DNA of 64,000 nt from a virus. A model generated the notes under the pieces. It had not been told where the DNA came from and did not search any database. It saw only the letters and a program-made list of their open reading frames with translations. The DNA lies in the IMG/VR virus record IMGVR_UViG_3300043411_002794, positions 64,001 through 128,000 of that record; one strand, given 5' to 3'. Both the position numbers and the translations under genes were made by a program. Positions 60,634-64,000 of the stretch are shown piece after piece; the stretch's first letter is position 1; each line of letters opens with the position of its first letter.

Positions 60634-61368
60634 CTACAAAATGCTGAGGCTTTGACGCATGTCGAGCAACGCCTGAATCTTTGCTGCCCGCTGGCTGACG
60701 GCACCGGGCGTGACGCCCAGCTTAGTTGCGATCCCGGAGACCGTCATCTTGCGGCGGCCGTTGCGGCCGAGCAGGTGATCCATCACGGCTCGGTCGGTGT
60801 TGCCGAGATCGGCGTACACGAAGTTTTCCCAGGCCTGGTCGGTTTGCTTTAACGCCTGGCTGGCCGGCTCGTAGATGTCGCCTTCGGCATCTTCTACTTG
60901 GGTCGTGCCTTCGGCGATCGGTAGGTTGAACTTGCGGAGCTGGGCCAATCGACCGAACGACATCCCAGTGCGGTCTGCCAGCTCGGCATCCGACGGGTCG
61001 CGGCCTAGTTCGTCCCGCAGGTTGTTTTCGGCCTCGTCCAGGTGCTTGCGGTTGAGGGCAACCGCTTCCGGGATGGAGATGATGTTTTGCTCTTGGGCCG
61101 ATTGACGGCGAAGGCCCTGCATCTGGCTGAGCAAATGCGTGCGAAGCGTCCCCCGTGCCGGGTCGTAACTCTGGAAAGCATTCAATGCCGACAGCCGCGC
61201 GCGGCTGCGGAATGTCGGACTGCCGATGCTGCTGCCGCCGTAACTGGTGATCGCCGAGTCGATGACCGGCCGCACCGCCGACAACAGAGTAGAGCTCGTG
61301 CCGGGGTTAGGCGACGCCTTCCAGGCAGTGAACGCAGGCTCGAATTCCTTCTCTAGCAGCGAATCCAT
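60634..61368 (-). CDS. sigma-70 family RNA polymerase sigma factor (FliA/SigF-like)
   Basis: region 2 ALNAFQSYDPARG-TLRTH, ISIPE, region 3 ELGRDPSDAELADRTG, region 4 HTH TVSGIATKLGVTPGAVSQ. Confidence 0.82.
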   Translation of the reverse strand: MDSLLEKEFEPAFTAWKASPNPGTSSTLLSAVRPVIDSAITSYGGSSIGSPTFRSRARLSALNAFQSYDPARGTLRTHLLSQMQGLRRQSAQEQNIISIPEAVALNRKHLDEAENNLRDELGRDPSDAELADRTGMSFGRLAQLRKFNLPIAEGTTQVEDAEGDIYEPASQALKQTDQAWENFVYADLGNTDRAVMDHLLGRNGRRKMTVSGIATKLGVTPGAVSQRAAKIQALLDMRQSLSIL

Positions 61369-61376
61369 TCGCACCT

Positions 61377-63020
61377 CTACGCAACAAAGACGTCGGCTAA
61401 CGGAGCACCGGTCCACGCTTTGGTATACAGCGGCGGCAGTTCGACGCTTGAATCATTGCTGGCATTCTCGGCCGCAGTTCGTACATGAGCAAGACTAAAG
61501 GCCGTGCCTGCCTGCTGGTTCTCGCAGTCCAACATAATCGAGGTCCGCAGCACAGTGGCAAAATAGATGACGTTCAGCTGATCGTTCCCGACAGTTTTCC
61601 CGGCCCCGCCCTGAATCTTGAGCGTCGAACCCGGGGCGATGTCGAAGCGGAGCTTACCGGAAATTTCCAGTGTCCGCCCCTTGAGTTGTTCCAACGTGTA
61701 CCAGTGGTGGGCGAAGTTATCGAGAATGTTCTTGAGGCTTTTCACGACAGCCCCGGGTGCGGTCTTCTTCGGCGGAGCTCCACCGCCGGGAGCGGCGGCA
61801 TGCCCGACGCCGTTCGTACGATCGGCATCCGCGGAGTCCGCGGCATAAGTACCGGGCGAAACGGCATTCTGCAGCCAGTTTGGGCTTTCCTTGATAAGGA
61901 CCATTCCCGACGGCCGCGAAGACTGATACCACCCGGCAATGGTCTTGTAGCCGACGTCTTCCGTCTGCGGGGCACCGTTTCCGTTGAGATCCATTGTGGC
62001 CGCGTGCCAGACGCCGACGGCCCGCAGTTGCTGCGTCATGAGATTGACGGAGCTGCTATGCGTATGGTCGTGATCGTTGATCGAGTACTCGTCGCCGTTC
62101 ACTGCGATATACGGCGTACGGAGTGATCCGGCAAACGGAACGACTAACGCATCTTCAATGCGCGGGATGACTGTGAAGAAGTACGACGGCACCCACTCGC
62201 CAATTAGCTTGCCCCAAAGCGTTGTATGTACCCAGCTTTGAAATGACTCGGACGTGAGTGCGTTACGTACGCCGGCCGCTATGGCACCGCCGTCGGCCTT
62301 GGTGAGGTTCATCGCGAGCGGTACGGCAAACTTGGATGCATTCGTCATGCGGGCCAGGGCGGCCTGTGCATCTACATTGCCGTTGGTTGATTCGCCGGGA
62401 AACGTATCTACTTTGGCAATGTCGGCCTGCGCCATCCGCAGCAACCAGGGGTGCAGAATATTTTTCCAAAGGTCGGTTTCGAGGGCGCCGTCCGTGATCG
62501 CGATTTCTTTGTCGTCGATGAGCGGTACCCACGTACGCGTTCCGGCCTCGCCGCCCTTCGTTCGGAGGCCGGGATAAATAGCCCCGTGAGCAAAATCACC
62601 GGAGCTGTGCGGATGTACGACCGAATTCAACGACGAAGGTCCATTGAGATCTTCCAGCCAATGTGTGAGTTGAATCAGCACGGAGGCTTCGTCGAGTGAG
62701 CGGTTGATCGCAACCCCGGCCACGCGACCAAGCCAAATCCGCACCTCGTCCTTTAGATTCAGCAGCGGCTCTTTGAGGTTATCGCTGCCCTGCGGAATGA
62801 CCGTGAGAAAGACTTCCGCCGCGGCGCCGGAAACAATTTTATCGATATTGGCGTGAATCGTTGCAGGGTTGCCGTCAGCATCAGCACCGACGGCCACGAC
62901 CAAGCCGGCTGAAGGCACGGAGCTACCTTCAAACGTACAGCCGAACCGCACGACGTCTTTGAATTCGACGCCGCCGATCTTGGCCCGCACTTTGAAAGCC
63001 AGCTTTGCCCAGGAACTCAT
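61377..63020 (-). CDS. baseplate hub-like (gp27/late control D-like) protein
   Basis: 547 aa; position in the baseplate module; C-terminal LEISGKLRFDIAPGSTLKI...YFATVLRTSIML. Confidence 0.45.
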   Translation of the reverse strand: MSSWAKLAFKVRAKIGGVEFKDVVRFGCTFEGSSVPSAGLVVAVGADADGNPATIHANIDKIVSGAAAEVFLTVIPQGSDNLKEPLLNLKDEVRIWLGRVAGVAINRSLDEASVLIQLTHWLEDLNGPSSLNSVVHPHSSGDFAHGAIYPGLRTKGGEAGTRTWVPLIDDKEIAITDGALETDLWKNILHPWLLRMAQADIAKVDTFPGESTNGNVDAQAALARMTNASKFAVPLAMNLTKADGGAIAAGVRNALTSESFQSWVHTTLWGKLIGEWVPSYFFTVIPRIEDALVVPFAGSLRTPYIAVNGDEYSINDHDHTHSSSVNLMTQQLRAVGVWHAATMDLNGNGAPQTEDVGYKTIAGWYQSSRPSGMVLIKESPNWLQNAVSPGTYAADSADADRTNGVGHAAAPGGGAPPKKTAPGAVVKSLKNILDNFAHHWYTLEQLKGRTLEISGKLRFDIAPGSTLKIQGGAGKTVGNDQLNVIYFATVLRTSIMLDCENQQAGTAFSLAHVRTAAENASNDSSVELPPLYTKAWTGAPLADVFVA

Positions 63021-63817
63021 TCTTTCACCAGCAGAGAGTCGAGCCGATACACGTAAGCCGCCAGCGCCGCGCCGAGTCGATACGGCATATGCGGGTGCTT
63101 GAACCAGAGATTCCGGAACGTCTTATACGGTTCGTCGCCATGGAACAGGTAGCCGCTGGCCTGCCCCATCATCAGGGCCTCCAGTTCGAGCATGACCTGT
63201 GAGAGATCCGTCGACACGCGGGCAGTACCGTCCACAAACAGCGACGCGCCGACGATCGTAGAGAGGTCCGACTCACCGCCGACCAGTGTTCCGAGCCGCA
63301 CCGATAGCCCGGAGTCCGGCAGCACAATGGCTTCCGTCAGTCCTCGCGAGATCTCCGGTGTCACGGTCTGCGAAGAGAATCCTTGTAAGCGACGAGTGAC
63401 CGATACCGTTGTGGAGTCGAGCACGGCGACCCGCCAACGATACAGGGCGCGTCCAAGCGGATTGTCCGCCTCCAGTTGGCCGGAGACGAACGCACGACAG
63501 GGAGCACCCGTCTTTGTGATTTGCAGCCGACAACGCCGGTCATACCAGCCGTCGTCGAACGGCTGGTAGGTAATCCGCGGATCCAACGCCCGCACGTATT
63601 CCTCGAGCTCGGTCGAGTGCAAGACCTGCATGTACTGGAACAGCCGCTGATTGATGTAGGCCCGGTCTGGTCGCGTGCCGAACAGCACGTCGTACATACG
63701 CTGCAATATGACGGGCAGCGGGCGCGTAACGAAATCCCGCGGTACGTACTCCGTGCCCAGATCCTCGTCGTTCAGCATCGGGATGTTGCCGAGCAGCGTG
63801 CGGAAGTGGTTGATCAT
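63017..63817 (-). CDS. hypothetical virion-module protein
   Basis: 266 aa; ATGA-coupled to the next gene. Confidence 0.65.
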   Translation of the reverse strand: MINHFRTLLGNIPMLNDEDLGTEYVPRDFVTRPLPVILQRMYDVLFGTRPDRAYINQRLFQYMQVLHSTELEEYVRALDPRITYQPFDDGWYDRRCRLQITKTGAPCRAFVSGQLEADNPLGRALYRWRVAVLDSTTVSVTRRLQGFSSQTVTPEISRGLTEAIVLPDSGLSVRLGTLVGGESDLSTIVGASLFVDGTARVSTDLSQVMLELEALMMGQASGYLFHGDEPYKTFRNLWFKHPHMPYRLGAALAAYVYRLDSLLVKE

Positions 63818-64000
63818 TGTTGCCTCGCATACTTCAACACGGCGAACTGAAGCGTGAAATTACCGAGCGATGCTTGCCCGCCTGCCGCGGCTCCGACGTT
63901 ACATTCGATCAGCATGCAACGATAAAACCAACTCCCTAGTTGGACGCTGACGGCTACATTTTTGGCCCCGAGTTTGTTTCTTTCATAGAAGTCGACGACG

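Overview
This GC-rich 64 kb window looks like part of a large tailed (myovirus-like, possibly jumbo) phage genome; a Planctomycetota host is a weak inference. Almost all genes are on the minus strand. About 1-18.7 kb is an accessory region: an NAMPT + PRPP-synthetase-like pair (NARP1-like NAD+ rescue), HNH nuclease, PAPS-reductase-like protein, DNA methyltransferase, RNase H and ThyX. About 19-35 kb holds a plus-strand GpA-type terminase large subunit, CsrA, a GP88-like protein and a DUF3150/DUF2997/DUF1257/AAA module. About 35-64 kb is a virion module: three collagen-like fibre genes interleaved with five glycosyltransferases and a sulfotransferase, five tandem paralogous tail/baseplate genes, baseplate J and gp25-like genes, and a sigma-70-family factor. 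The standout is 11325-13236: a stand-alone RAMP/Cas7-like gene followed, 7 nt after its stop codon, by a ~1.23 kb apparently non-coding array. The array has ~193 hexamers (a conserved YGRC-type tetramer plus a variable NN dinucleotide) punctuated by 15 pentamers. It resembles VIPR-type non-contiguous guide RNA systems but has a 6-nt YGRC/NN period rather than GGY/NN. Family assignments come from motif recognition by eye, and all counts are by hand; no database searches were run.
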